DNA of 64,000 nt from Planctomycetota bacterium (GTDB lineage: Bacteria; Planctomycetota; PLA2; JAEUHO01). The translations under genes were made by a program, and so were the position numbers. The stretch is from contig CAXQZU010000040.1 of the NCBI GenBank assembly GCA_964228555.1, forward strand, positions 47,511-111,510. The letters are read 5' to 3'. Position 1 is the first letter of the stretch, and each line of letters starts with the position of its first letter. The notes under the pieces are model-generated. The model was not told the DNA's origin and searched no databases. It was given only the letters and a program-made list of their open reading frames with translations. Of this stretch, positions 38,601 through 47,384 are shown piece by piece.

Positions 38601-40508
38601 ATGGCGAACCTCGAGCCGCTGATGCGGCAGAACTTCCTGGAGTACGCGTCGTACGTCATCGTCGACCGTGCCATCCCTGACCTGCGCGACGGGCTCAAGC
38701 CCGTGCAGCGGCGCATCCTCGAGACGCTGCGCGCGATGGATGACGGCAAGCTGCACAAGGTGGCCAACGTCATCGGCGAGACGATGAAGCTGCACCCGCA
38801 CGGCGACGCCTCCATCGGGGACGCCCTCGTGGTGCTGGCCAACAAGGGCTACTTCATCGAGCGGCAGGGCAACTTCGGCTCCCCCATCACCGGGCACCCT
38901 GCCGCGGCCGCGCGCTACATCGAGTGCCGCCTCACGCCCCTGGCGCGCGAGACGCTCTTCGACCCCAGCCTCACGGACACCGTCCCCTCCTACGACGGCC
39001 GCCGGCAGGAGCCCGTGGCGCTGCCGGCACGCATCCCCGTGGTGCTGATGCTGGGCGTGGAGGGCATCGCCGTGGGCCTCTCCACGCGCATCCTGCCCCA
39101 CAACTTCCCCGAGCTGCTCAAGGCCCAGATCGCCTGCCTCGCGGGCAAGCGCTTCCGCCTCGACCCGGACTTCCCGTCGGGGGGGCTCGCCGACACCAGC
39201 GAGTACGCCGATGGCAAGGGGAAGGTGCGGGTGCGCGCGCGCATCGACTGCCCCGACGACAAGACCATCGTCATCCGCGAGGTGCCCTACGGGGTCACCA
39301 CCGAGGCGCTGATCGCGTCCATCGAGGCGGCCGCCACCAAGGGCAAGATCAAGATCCAGGGCATCCAGGACCTGACGACCGACAAGGTCGAGATCCAGGT
39401 GGACCTGCCGCGCGGCGTGCATGCCGACGAGACCGTGCCGCAGCTCTTCGCGTGGACCGACTGCGAGGTCACGCTGCAGAGCACGCTGGTGGTGATCGAG
39501 GACCGCCACCCGGTGGAGAAGACGGTCAAGCAGGTGATCGAGGCCTGCACCGAGAGCCTCAAGGAGACGCTGCGCCGCCAGCTGAAGGGCGAGCTCGGCC
39601 GCCTGCTGGACCGCCAGCACTGGCTCACGCTCGAGCGCATCTTCATCGAGAACCGCGTCTACAAGAAGATCGAGGCGGCCAAGACGCAGGAGGCGGTGGA
39701 CAAGGCCGTCTGGGACGGCATGGACCCCTTCAAGAAGCAGTTCGTGCGCCCGATGGTGGACGAGGACGTGGCGCGCCTGCTGGAGATCCGCATCCGGCGC
39801 ATCTCGGCCTACGACATCGCCCGCCACCAAGAGGAGGTGGAAGGCATCCTCGAGCAGGTGGCGGCCACCGAGAAGAAGCTGTCCAACATGGTGAAGACGG
39901 CCACGGCGTGGCTGGAAGACCTGCTGGCGCGGCATGGCAAGGAGTGGCCGCGCCGCACCAAGATCACCACCTTCGCCACGGTGGACAAGCGCGCCGTGGC
40001 CCGCGAGAACCTGCGCCTGGCCTACGACCCGGAGTCGGGCTTCTTCGGCACCTCCGTGCGCGGCGACCAGTTCCAGCTCACCGTCAGCGAGTTCGCCCGC
40101 ATCCTCGTGGTGAGCAAGGATGGCTCCTACCGCATCGTGGAGCCTCCCGAGAAGATGCTGGTGCCCGGCAAGGCCCTGTGGATCTCGGTGTTCGACCCGG
40201 AGAAGGGCCAGCCCTTCACGGTCGTCTACCGCACCAAGGACAAGGCCTGCTACGGCAAGCGTGTCCACATCCAGGGCTTCATCAAGGGCAAGGAGTACGC
40301 GCTCGTGCCGGGCGGCGAGGGCAGCGTGGACCTCCTGCTGCCCGACGAGCAGCCCGGCAAGGTGCACCTCGCCTTCGTGCCCGCCAAGTACCAGCGCGTG
40401 AGCGAGGCGGAGTTCGACCTCGGCACGCTGGAGCCCACGGGCGTCGCCGCGCGCGGCGTGCGCCTCGCGCCCAAGCCCGTCAAGACCGTGCGTCGCCTCG
40501 AGCGGTAG
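38601..40508 (+). CDS. parC: type IIA topoisomerase subunit A (probably ParC, short CTD)
   Basis: RAIPDLRDGLKPVQRR, HPHGD, AAARY (catalytic Tyr); no GyrA-box seen. Confidence 0.87.
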   Translation: MANLEPLMRQNFLEYASYVIVDRAIPDLRDGLKPVQRRILETLRAMDDGKLHKVANVIGETMKLHPHGDASIGDALVVLANKGYFIERQGNFGSPITGHPAAAARYIECRLTPLARETLFDPSLTDTVPSYDGRRQEPVALPARIPVVLMLGVEGIAVGLSTRILPHNFPELLKAQIACLAGKRFRLDPDFPSGGLADTSEYADGKGKVRVRARIDCPDDKTIVIREVPYGVTTEALIASIEAAATKGKIKIQGIQDLTTDKVEIQVDLPRGVHADETVPQLFAWTDCEVTLQSTLVVIEDRHPVEKTVKQVIEACTESLKETLRRQLKGELGRLLDRQHWLTLERIFIENRVYKKIEAAKTQEAVDKAVWDGMDPFKKQFVRPMVDEDVARLLEIRIRRISAYDIARHQEEVEGILEQVAATEKKLSNMVKTATAWLEDLLARHGKEWPRRTKITTFATVDKRAVARENLRLAYDPESGFFGTSVRGDQFQLTVSEFARILVVSKDGSYRIVEPPEKMLVPGKALWISVFDPEKGQPFTVVYRTKDKACYGKRVHIQGFIKGKEYALVPGGEGSVDLLLPDEQPGKVHLAFVPAKYQRVSEAEFDLGTLEPTGVAARGVRLAPKPVKTVRRLER

Positions 40509-40529
40509 CCGGCGCGGTACAGTCCGCGC

Positions 40530-41213
40530 GTGCTCGCCTCCGCCGCCCTCGCCTGCGCACTGCTGCTGGGGGCGCCGCTCGCCGACATGGACGAGGCGGC
40601 ACGCGCGGCGCTGGCGCGCCTCGGTGCCCAGGCGGCGCTGGAGGCCCCCCGCGACGGCGCACCGCGGCCCGGCGCCGAGGCACCCCTGCCGCCGCGGCGC
40701 GTGGAGCAGCCTCCGGAGGACGAGCCCTCGCGACGGCGGGCTGGACCGGGGGCAGCAGCCGGCCCGTGGGTGGCCTGGCTGCTGGTGGCGCTGGGCGTGG
40801 CGCTGGCGCTGTTCCTCGGCACGGTCTTGGTGCAGTGGCTGCGGCGGCGGGGCCTGCGGGCCCGGGAAGCCACCCCGCCCGCAGCCGTCGAGGCCGTGCG
40901 CCTGCCCGCGGCGGCGCTCGAGCCGGCCGACCGGCTGGCGGCCAGCGGGCAGTGGGAGCGGGCCGTGCACCGGCTGCTGCTGGACGCGCTGGCCCTGCTG
41001 GCGGCGCGGGCCCGGCTGGCGCTGCCGCCCGACCTCACGAGCCGCGAGCTGCTGCAGCGCCTGCCGCTGGACGCCGAGGCGCGCTCCGTGCTGGCATGGC
41101 TGGTGGAGGCCGTGGAGGTGAGCCACTTCGGCGGGCAGGCGCTGGATGCAGGCACGTGGAGGGCCGCCCGCGAGCGCTACGCGCGCCTGGCCGGCCCGGG
41201 CAACGCGGCATGA
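40530..41213 (+). CDS. DUF4129-like membrane protein
   Basis: TM followed by A..G.W..AVH.LL...LTSRE...E.SHFGG. Confidence 0.75.
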   Translation: MLASAALACALLLGAPLADMDEAARAALARLGAQAALEAPRDGAPRPGAEAPLPPRRVEQPPEDEPSRRRAGPGAAAGPWVAWLLVALGVALALFLGTVLVQWLRRRGLRAREATPPAAVEAVRLPAAALEPADRLAASGQWERAVHRLLLDALALLAARARLALPPDLTSRELLQRLPLDAEARSVLAWLVEAVEVSHFGGQALDAGTWRAARERYARLAGPGNAA

Positions 41214-42469
41214 GCGGGCAGCGGCGCGTACGCGGCGTGCTGCTGGCGCTCGCGATCGTGTCGCTGGCCATGTTCCTCGGTCACGTGCTGGTGGGCCTGG
41301 GCGAGGCTCCGCAGCCCACGCGCGGCAGCGACGGCTACAGCCTGTCGGGACTGGGCCACGCGGCGCTGCTGGACCTGCTGGCACAGCGCAAGGTGCCCGT
41401 GACCCGCAGCCGCTGGGCATCGACCGAGCGCGTGCGCGAGCAAGACACGCTGGTGCTGGTCGAGCCCGAGCCCCGCTTGGGCCCGCGGGGAGGCCGGCCG
41501 GCGCTGGACGGGATGCTGGAGCATGCGGGCCGGACGCTGCTGGTGCTTCCCAAGCGCCTGCCCGGCCCGCCCCTCGCGCACGAGCCGCGCTGGATGGACG
41601 GCAGCAGCCTGCGTCCCCTCGAGCAGGTGGATGCCGTGCTCGCGCCGCTGGGACTCACGGCACGTCGCGTGACCCGCATGCCCGGGCCCAGCGCGTGGGA
41701 GCGCTCGATGGACCTGCCATCGCCCGTGCCCGCCGGCCCGCTGCAGCTGCTGGAGCCCAGCCTGCGGCTGGAGCCGTGGATCGCATGCGACGAGGGCGTG
41801 CTGCTGGGCCGCCTGCGCGTGGCCGGCCACGAGGTGGTGGTGCTGGCCGACCCCGACCCGCTCGCCCACCATGCGCTGGGCCGCGACAGCAACGCCGCCT
41901 TCGCGCTGGCCCTGCTCGAGCAGCTGCGCGGCCGGGGGACGCTGGTGTGGGACGAGACCTGGCAAGGCCACGTCGCGCCGCAGCGCGTGACGCCCCTGCT
42001 GCTGCAGGGCGCGATGGGCCTCGTCACCGTCTCGCTGCTGCTGGTGGCCCTGCTGGCGCTGGGCGCCGGCATGTCGCGACTGCGGCCTGCACCGGCCCCG
42101 GCGCCCTCGCCGGGGACGCCCTCGCCTGGCCCGGCCCGTGCGGCAGGCCGCGAGGCGCTGGTTTCCAGCGCCGCACGGCTGCTGGAGCGCGGCGACCCGC
42201 GCGAGGCCGTGCTGCGCGCCTACGCACAAGGCATCGAGCGCGAGTGCCTGGAGCGGCAGGCCGGGAGCCGGGTCGGGCCCGCGGCAGCGCGCGCCGCCCT
42301 GGACGCACGTGCCGCGCAGCGCGGCCTGCCGCCCTCGGCCTCGCTGGCCGCGGGCGTGGAGTCCGTGCTGGCGCGCGGCCGCCCCACCGTGAGCAGCATG
42401 CTGGGCGAAGCCCAGCGCATCCACCACTGGAAGGAGGAGGTCCACCATGGACGTCGCCGCGATCCGTGA
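41210..42469 (+). CDS. DUF4350-like membrane protein
   Basis: N-terminal [23 protein letters not shown]-terminal TM; directly upstream of MoxR. Confidence 0.72.
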   Translation: MSGQRRVRGVLLALAIVSLAMFLGHVLVGLGEAPQPTRGSDGYSLSGLGHAALLDLLAQRKVPVTRSRWASTERVREQDTLVLVEPEPRLGPRGGRPALDGMLEHAGRTLLVLPKRLPGPPLAHEPRWMDGSSLRPLEQVDAVLAPLGLTARRVTRMPGPSAWERSMDLPSPVPAGPLQLLEPSLRLEPWIACDEGVLLGRLRVAGHEVVVLADPDPLAHHALGRDSNAAFALALLEQLRGRGTLVWDETWQGHVAPQRVTPLLLQGAMGLVTVSLLLVALLALGAGMSRLRPAPAPAPSPGTPSPGPARAAGREALVSSAARLLERGDPREAVLRAYAQGIERECLERQAGSRVGPAAARAALDARAAQRGLPPSASLAAGVESVLARGRPTVSSMLGEAQRIHHWKEEVHHGRRRDP

Positions 42470-43403
42470 ACGTGCAGGCCGCCTGCGGGCACAGTGCGAG
42501 CGGGTGGTGGTCGGGCAGGGCGAGGCCCTCGAGCGCATGCTCGTGGCCCTGCTGGCCGACGGCCACGTGCTGCTGGAGGGCGTGCCGGGCACGGCCAAGA
42601 CGCTGCTGGCGCGCACCTTCGCGGCCGGACTGCAGCTGTCGTGGCGCCGCATCCAGTTCACGCCGGACCTGATGCCCGGCGACGTGCTGGGCACCAACCT
42701 CTTCGACTTCAGCGCCAACCGCTTCGTGCTCACGCGCGGACCCATCTTCACGCAGGTGCTGCTGGCTGACGAGATCAACCGCGCGCCGCCCAAGACCCAG
42801 TCGGCGCTGCTGGAGGCGATGCAGGAGCGGTCCGTCACGCTGGACGGCACCACGTGGCCGCTGGGCCCCGCCTTCTTCGTGGTGGCCACCCAGAACCCGG
42901 TGGAGCAGGAGGGCACCTACCCCCTGCCCGAGGCGCAGCTGGACCGCTTCCTGTTCCGGCTGCAGGTGGGCTACCCCGCGCGTGACGCCGAGCGCACGCT
43001 GGTGCGCTCCCACGGCCGCAGCGCGGCACCGCCCGTACTGGCCTCGCTGGGCCTCGAGCCCGTGGCCGACGAGGCCTGGCTGGTGCAGGCGCGGGCCACC
43101 GTGGCCGCCGTGCGCGCCTCCGACGAGGTGGTGGACTACGCCGTGGACGTCGTGCGCGCCACGCGCGGGCATCCCAGCCTTGCCTGCGGCGCCTCGCCGC
43201 GCGCGGCCGCGATGCTGCTGGCCGCCTCGCGGGCCCGGGCCGTGCTGCAGGGTCGCGACTTCGTGCTGCCCGACGACGTCAAGGACCTCGCGGTGCCCAC
43301 GCTGGCCCACCGCCTCGTGCTCTCGCCCGCCGCCGAGCTGGAGGGGCAGGGCACCGACGCCGTGCTGGCCTCGCTGCTGGCCGGCGTGCCCGCCCCGCGC
43401 TGA
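42447..43403 (+). CDS. moxR: MoxR-family AAA+ ATPase
   Basis: [68 protein letters not shown]. Confidence 0.95.
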   Translation: MDVAAIRERAGRLRAQCERVVVGQGEALERMLVALLADGHVLLEGVPGTAKTLLARTFAAGLQLSWRRIQFTPDLMPGDVLGTNLFDFSANRFVLTRGPIFTQVLLADEINRAPPKTQSALLEAMQERSVTLDGTTWPLGPAFFVVATQNPVEQEGTYPLPEAQLDRFLFRLQVGYPARDAERTLVRSHGRSAAPPVLASLGLEPVADEAWLVQARATVAAVRASDEVVDYAVDVVRATRGHPSLACGASPRAAAMLLAASRARAVLQGRDFVLPDDVKDLAVPTLAHRLVLSPAAELEGQGTDAVLASLLAGVPAPR

Positions 43404-43448
43404 TCCCGCCCTGCACCGAGCCCGCCACCCCCACCGGCCCACCCCACC

Positions 43449-44771
43449 GTGCTTCCCACGCCCCGCCTGGCCCGCTGTGCGCTGCCCCTGCTGGGGCTCG
43501 CCCTGCTCGCGCTGCTGCTGGAGGCGGTGACGCTGCTGCCCGCGGCAGCATGGGTGGCCGCGCTGGGCGTGCTGCTGTGCGCGGCTGCGGTGGACGGGGC
43601 TCGCCTGGCGGCGCAGCACAGGGCGCTGGCTGCCACGCTCGACGTGCCCCCCCAGGCGCTGCTGGCCGAGCCCAGCGAGGCCACGCTGCGGCTGGAGGGG
43701 CTGCCGGCGACCCGGGCCGAGGCCCTGCTGGACGCCGACGAGGCGCTGGGCCTGCCCGCGCGGCCCGCCGCCTGCCGCACCGACGCCACGGGCCGCGCAC
43801 GCCTGGCGCTCCCCTTGATGCCGGGCCGGCGTGGCCCCGCGCGCGTGCATGCCCTGCGGCTGCGGGTCACCAGCCCCTGGGGCCTGCTGTGCTGCGAGCG
43901 CCTGCAGGAGGCCGCGCACGAGGTGCACGTACTGCCCAGCACCCAGCGCGTGCGGCAGGCCGCGCTGGCCGTGCTGGGCACGCGCAACCTCGAGCACGGC
44001 ATCACCGTGGAGCGCATGCTGGGCGACGGCAGCGAGTTCCACGCACTGCGCGAGTGGACGCAGGGCATGGACCCGCGCGCGATCTCGTGGCGTGCCTCCG
44101 CACGCCACCGGGACCTGCTGGGGCACGAGCGGCGGGCCGAGCGCAGCCAGCGGCTGGTGCTGGCGCTGGACACGGGCCACGCCATGGCGGGCACCGTGCA
44201 GGGCCTGCAGCGGCTCGACCACGCCGTGGAGGCCAGCCTGCTGCTGGCCTGGGCCGGGCTCAAGGCGGGCGATCGCGTGGGCCTCTACGCCTTCGACGAG
44301 CGTCCCCACGCATGGCTGGCACCGGCAGCCAGCCTGTCGCGCCACGAGGTGCTGCGACGTGCGCTGGGCAGCCTCTGCACCCGCCCCGTCGAGAGCAGCC
44401 TGGCGCTGGGGCTGGCCGGGCTCGGCGGGCGCCTCGAGCGACGCTCGCTGGTGGTGCTGTTCACGGAGTTCAGCGACGTGGTGGCCGGCGAGCTGATGCT
44501 CGAGCCGCTGGAGCGGCTGGCGCGACGGCACGTGGTGCTCTTCGCCACCCTGTCCGACGCCGGCCTCGTCCAGCAGGCGGGGACCATGCCCGCCTCGCGC
44601 GAGGCGCGGCCCGCCGCCGTGGCCGCGCAAGACCTGCTGCACGAGCGCTCCCGGCTGCTGCACCGCATCGCACGGCTGGGCGTGCAGGTGGTGGATGCGC
44701 CCGGGGCCCACCTCGCACCCGAGGTGCTGCGCCGCTGGCTGCGCGTCAAGCGCCGGGAGCTGGTCGGATGA
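43449..44771 (+). CDS. DUF58 (vWA-like) protein
   Basis: EFHALREW..G.D.R.ISWRASAR, LDTGHAM, GDRVGL. Confidence 0.9.
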   Translation: MLPTPRLARCALPLLGLALLALLLEAVTLLPAAAWVAALGVLLCAAAVDGARLAAQHRALAATLDVPPQALLAEPSEATLRLEGLPATRAEALLDADEALGLPARPAACRTDATGRARLALPLMPGRRGPARVHALRLRVTSPWGLLCCERLQEAAHEVHVLPSTQRVRQAALAVLGTRNLEHGITVERMLGDGSEFHALREWTQGMDPRAISWRASARHRDLLGHERRAERSQRLVLALDTGHAMAGTVQGLQRLDHAVEASLLLAWAGLKAGDRVGLYAFDERPHAWLAPAASLSRHEVLRRALGSLCTRPVESSLALGLAGLGGRLERRSLVVLFTEFSDVVAGELMLEPLERLARRHVVLFATLSDAGLVQQAGTMPASREARPAAVAAQDLLHERSRLLHRIARLGVQVVDAPGAHLAPEVLRRWLRVKRRELVG

Positions 44772-45763
44772 CGCTCGTCCTGCGCAGCACCCAGTTCCGC
44801 CGCGAGCGTGAGGCGGCATGGCGCGAGCTGGAGGCGCTGGTGGTGCGTGTCGAGTCCGGGGGCGTGCGCGCCCTGACGGCCGCCGAGATGCTGCGGCTGC
44901 CCTCGCTCTACCGCGGCGTGGTGGCCAGCCTCTCGGCCGCGCGCGCCCTGTCGCTGGACGAGAACCTGCGCTCGTGGCTGGAGGCACTCGCGACGCGGGC
45001 CTGCCTCGTGGTGCACGGCGTGCACGCCACGCCGGGCAGCAGCCTGCGCCGCTTCCTGCATCCGGGCCTGCAGCAGGCGCTGCGTGCGCTGGCGGGGCCG
45101 GTGCTGCTGGCGGCAGCACTGCTGCTGGTGGGCGGGCTGGCAGGGTACGGGCTGGTGGCCCGTGACCCCGAGGCCTTCTACGCCATCGTGCCCGAGGGCC
45201 TCGCCTCGGGGCGCACCCCGGCCGCCAGCACCGAGGCGCTGCGCGAGGCGCTCTACGCCGGGCCCGGCACGGAGCCGGCACCCTTCGCCAGCTTCCTCTT
45301 CGTCAACAACGCGCGCGTGGGCCTGCTCTGCTTCGCCCTGGGCATCGTCGTCGGCCTGCCTACCGTGCTGCTGCTGCTGGGCAATGGCTTGGTCCTGGGC
45401 GCCTTCGTGCAGCTGCACGTCGCGCGCGGGCTGGGCGCCGACCTGCTCGGCTGGCTGCTCCCGCATGGGGTGCCCGAGCTCACGGCCGTGGCCCTGTGCG
45501 GCGGTGCCGGCCTCGCGCTGGGACGCGCCCGGTGGATGCCCGGGCGGCAGGGGCGCAGCCACGCGCTGGCTGAGGCCGGGCGCAGCGCCGCGGTGCTGGT
45601 CATGGGCGCCGTGCTGCTGCTGGCCGTGGCCGGCGTGCTGGAAGGCTGGTTCCGGCAGGCCGTGACCGACATCGGCGTGCGCTATGGCATGGCCGCCGTG
45701 TCCACCGCTGCCGTGGCGGCATGGCTGCTGGCCCCGCGCACGCCGCCCCCGGAGCGCCCATGA
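44768..45763 (+). CDS. SpoIIM-family (DUF95) membrane protein
   Basis: FRREREAAW.ELE, FVNNARV..FALG, PHGVPEL, AGVLEG. Confidence 0.88.
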   Translation: MTLVLRSTQFRREREAAWRELEALVVRVESGGVRALTAAEMLRLPSLYRGVVASLSAARALSLDENLRSWLEALATRACLVVHGVHATPGSSLRRFLHPGLQQALRALAGPVLLAAALLLVGGLAGYGLVARDPEAFYAIVPEGLASGRTPAASTEALREALYAGPGTEPAPFASFLFVNNARVGLLCFALGIVVGLPTVLLLLGNGLVLGAFVQLHVARGLGADLLGWLLPHGVPELTAVALCGGAGLALGRARWMPGRQGRSHALAEAGRSAAVLVMGAVLLLAVAGVLEGWFRQAVTDIGVRYGMAAVSTAAVAAWLLAPRTPPPERP

Positions 45764-46692
45764 GCCCCGCCGCCACGCCGCCTGCCACCGCATCAGGCAC
45801 CCTGAGCGCGCCCGGCGCGCGCAGCATCACGGTGGTCGTGCCGGAGGGCGTCGCGCTCACGCTCGAGCTGGGGTCGCTGGGCGAGCGAGCCTACGCCTTC
45901 GGGGTGGACTTCCTGCTGCTGCTGGGCGTGCTGCTCGGCGGGCTCGCGCTCGTGCTGCTGGCCCTCGGGGGCGATGTCACGGTGGGCATGCTGGAGGCCA
46001 TGCCGGGCTGGGTGCTGGCGCTGGGCTGGCTGACGGTGTTCTTGCTGCGCACCGGCTGGTTCCTCCTGCTGGAGCTGGCCGGGCGCGGCCGCAGCGTGGG
46101 CAAGCGACTGGCCGGCCTGCGCGTGGTGGATGCGCGAGGAGGGCCGATGGGCGTGCGTGCGCTGGTGGCGCGCAACCTCATGCGCGAGGTCGAGCTGTGG
46201 CTGCCGCTGGGCCTGCTGCTGGCGCCCGAGACCCTGATGCCCGACGCTGCACCATGGCTGCGGGTCCTGTCCAGCGTGTGGGTGCTGGGCTTGTTGCTGT
46301 TCCCGGCACTGCACCCCAGCGGCGCGCGGCTGGGCGACCTCGTGGCCGGCACCCGCGTGGTGCGTGCCCCGCGCGTGGTGCTGTGGCCAGACCTGGCCGA
46401 GCCCCACGCGAGCGTGCAGCGACCCTTCCTTGATATCCATCTAAAGGTGTATGGAGAAGCGGAGCTGGCTGCCCTGGAACGCCTGCTCCGCATGGACGCG
46501 CGCCTCCCAGGGCACCAGGCCACGCTGGTGGAGCTGAGCCGGCTGGTGCGCGCGCGCACGGGCTGGAGCCACGATGAACGGCCCGAGGACGCCGAGCCCT
46601 TCCTGCGCGATTTCTACGCCGCGCAGCGTCGCCACCTCGAGGATCGCCTGCGTCGTGGCGATCGCAAGCGAGACAAGCACGACGGCAGTTGA
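45760..46692 (+). CDS. RDD-family membrane protein
   Basis: PEGV...R..AF.VD, GRSVGKR..GLRVV, RNL.R, RLGDLVAGTRVV. Confidence 0.88.
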   Translation: MSPAATPPATASGTLSAPGARSITVVVPEGVALTLELGSLGERAYAFGVDFLLLLGVLLGGLALVLLALGGDVTVGMLEAMPGWVLALGWLTVFLLRTGWFLLLELAGRGRSVGKRLAGLRVVDARGGPMGVRALVARNLMREVELWLPLGLLLAPETLMPDAAPWLRVLSSVWVLGLLLFPALHPSGARLGDLVAGTRVVRAPRVVLWPDLAEPHASVQRPFLDIHLKVYGEAELAALERLLRMDARLPGHQATLVELSRLVRARTGWSHDERPEDAEPFLRDFYAAQRRHLEDRLRRGDRKRDKHDGS

Positions 46693-46813
46693 CCTCACGT
46701 GCCGTGGACAGCACGGGCACGTGGTCCCGTCTCCCGCAGGAGTCAATTGCTCATGTGCATGGACAGGCCTGCCGACATGGATCACGCTGGTCGCCGGGAC
46801 GCTGGAGCCACTC

Positions 46814-47281
46814 ATGACCTGCGCCTGCCGCGTGATCCTCTGCCCCACCGACCTCAGCCCGGTCAGCGATGACGCCCTGGAGCTGGCCTTCACGCTGGCC
46901 CTCCCCGGCGGCACGGTGCACCTGCTGCACGTGCTGGAGGAGGGCGTGCTCGCGACCGTGGGCGGCGGCGGGCCACTGCCCTGCGCCACGCGAATGCCGC
47001 GGCTGCTCGACGCGCTGGAGCGCGAGCTGGAGACGCGGCAGCGACACTTGAGGCCGCGCCTGGCCGCATCCGGCTCCGTGCTGCATCGCGTGCATGTGGC
47101 GCACGACCTGCCCCCCGCAACCGCCATCGAGCGCACGGCCGCCGACGTGCAGGCCGAGCTCATCGTGATGGGCACGCACGGCAACGGGCACCACGACCAC
47201 CTCACGCTGGGCTCGGTGGCGCGCGACGTGCTCGCGCACACGCACTTGCCCGTCGTGCTGGCCCGGCCGGCGGTGGCCTAG
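46814..47281 (+). CDS. universal stress protein
   Basis: ILCPTDLS, LLHV, ELIVMGTHG...LGSVA..VL...PVVL. Confidence 0.9.
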   Translation: MTCACRVILCPTDLSPVSDDALELAFTLALPGGTVHLLHVLEEGVLATVGGGGPLPCATRMPRLLDALERELETRQRHLRPRLAASGSVLHRVHVAHDLPPATAIERTAADVQAELIVMGTHGNGHHDHLTLGSVARDVLAHTHLPVVLARPAVA

Positions 47282-47384
47282 GGACGGCGCACCACGATCC
47301 CTCCGCCATCGCCAGCATCGCGCAAGCGGGGCTGCGCCGTGGGGCGGTGCGAGACGACATCCCTGGCCCCGGAGGCCACATCGC

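Noticed and set aside
36784-40508. Short topoisomerase subunits as truncated gyrase pseudogenes
   Set aside because: All catalytic motifs are intact, and the compact size fits a known divergent topo IV type.
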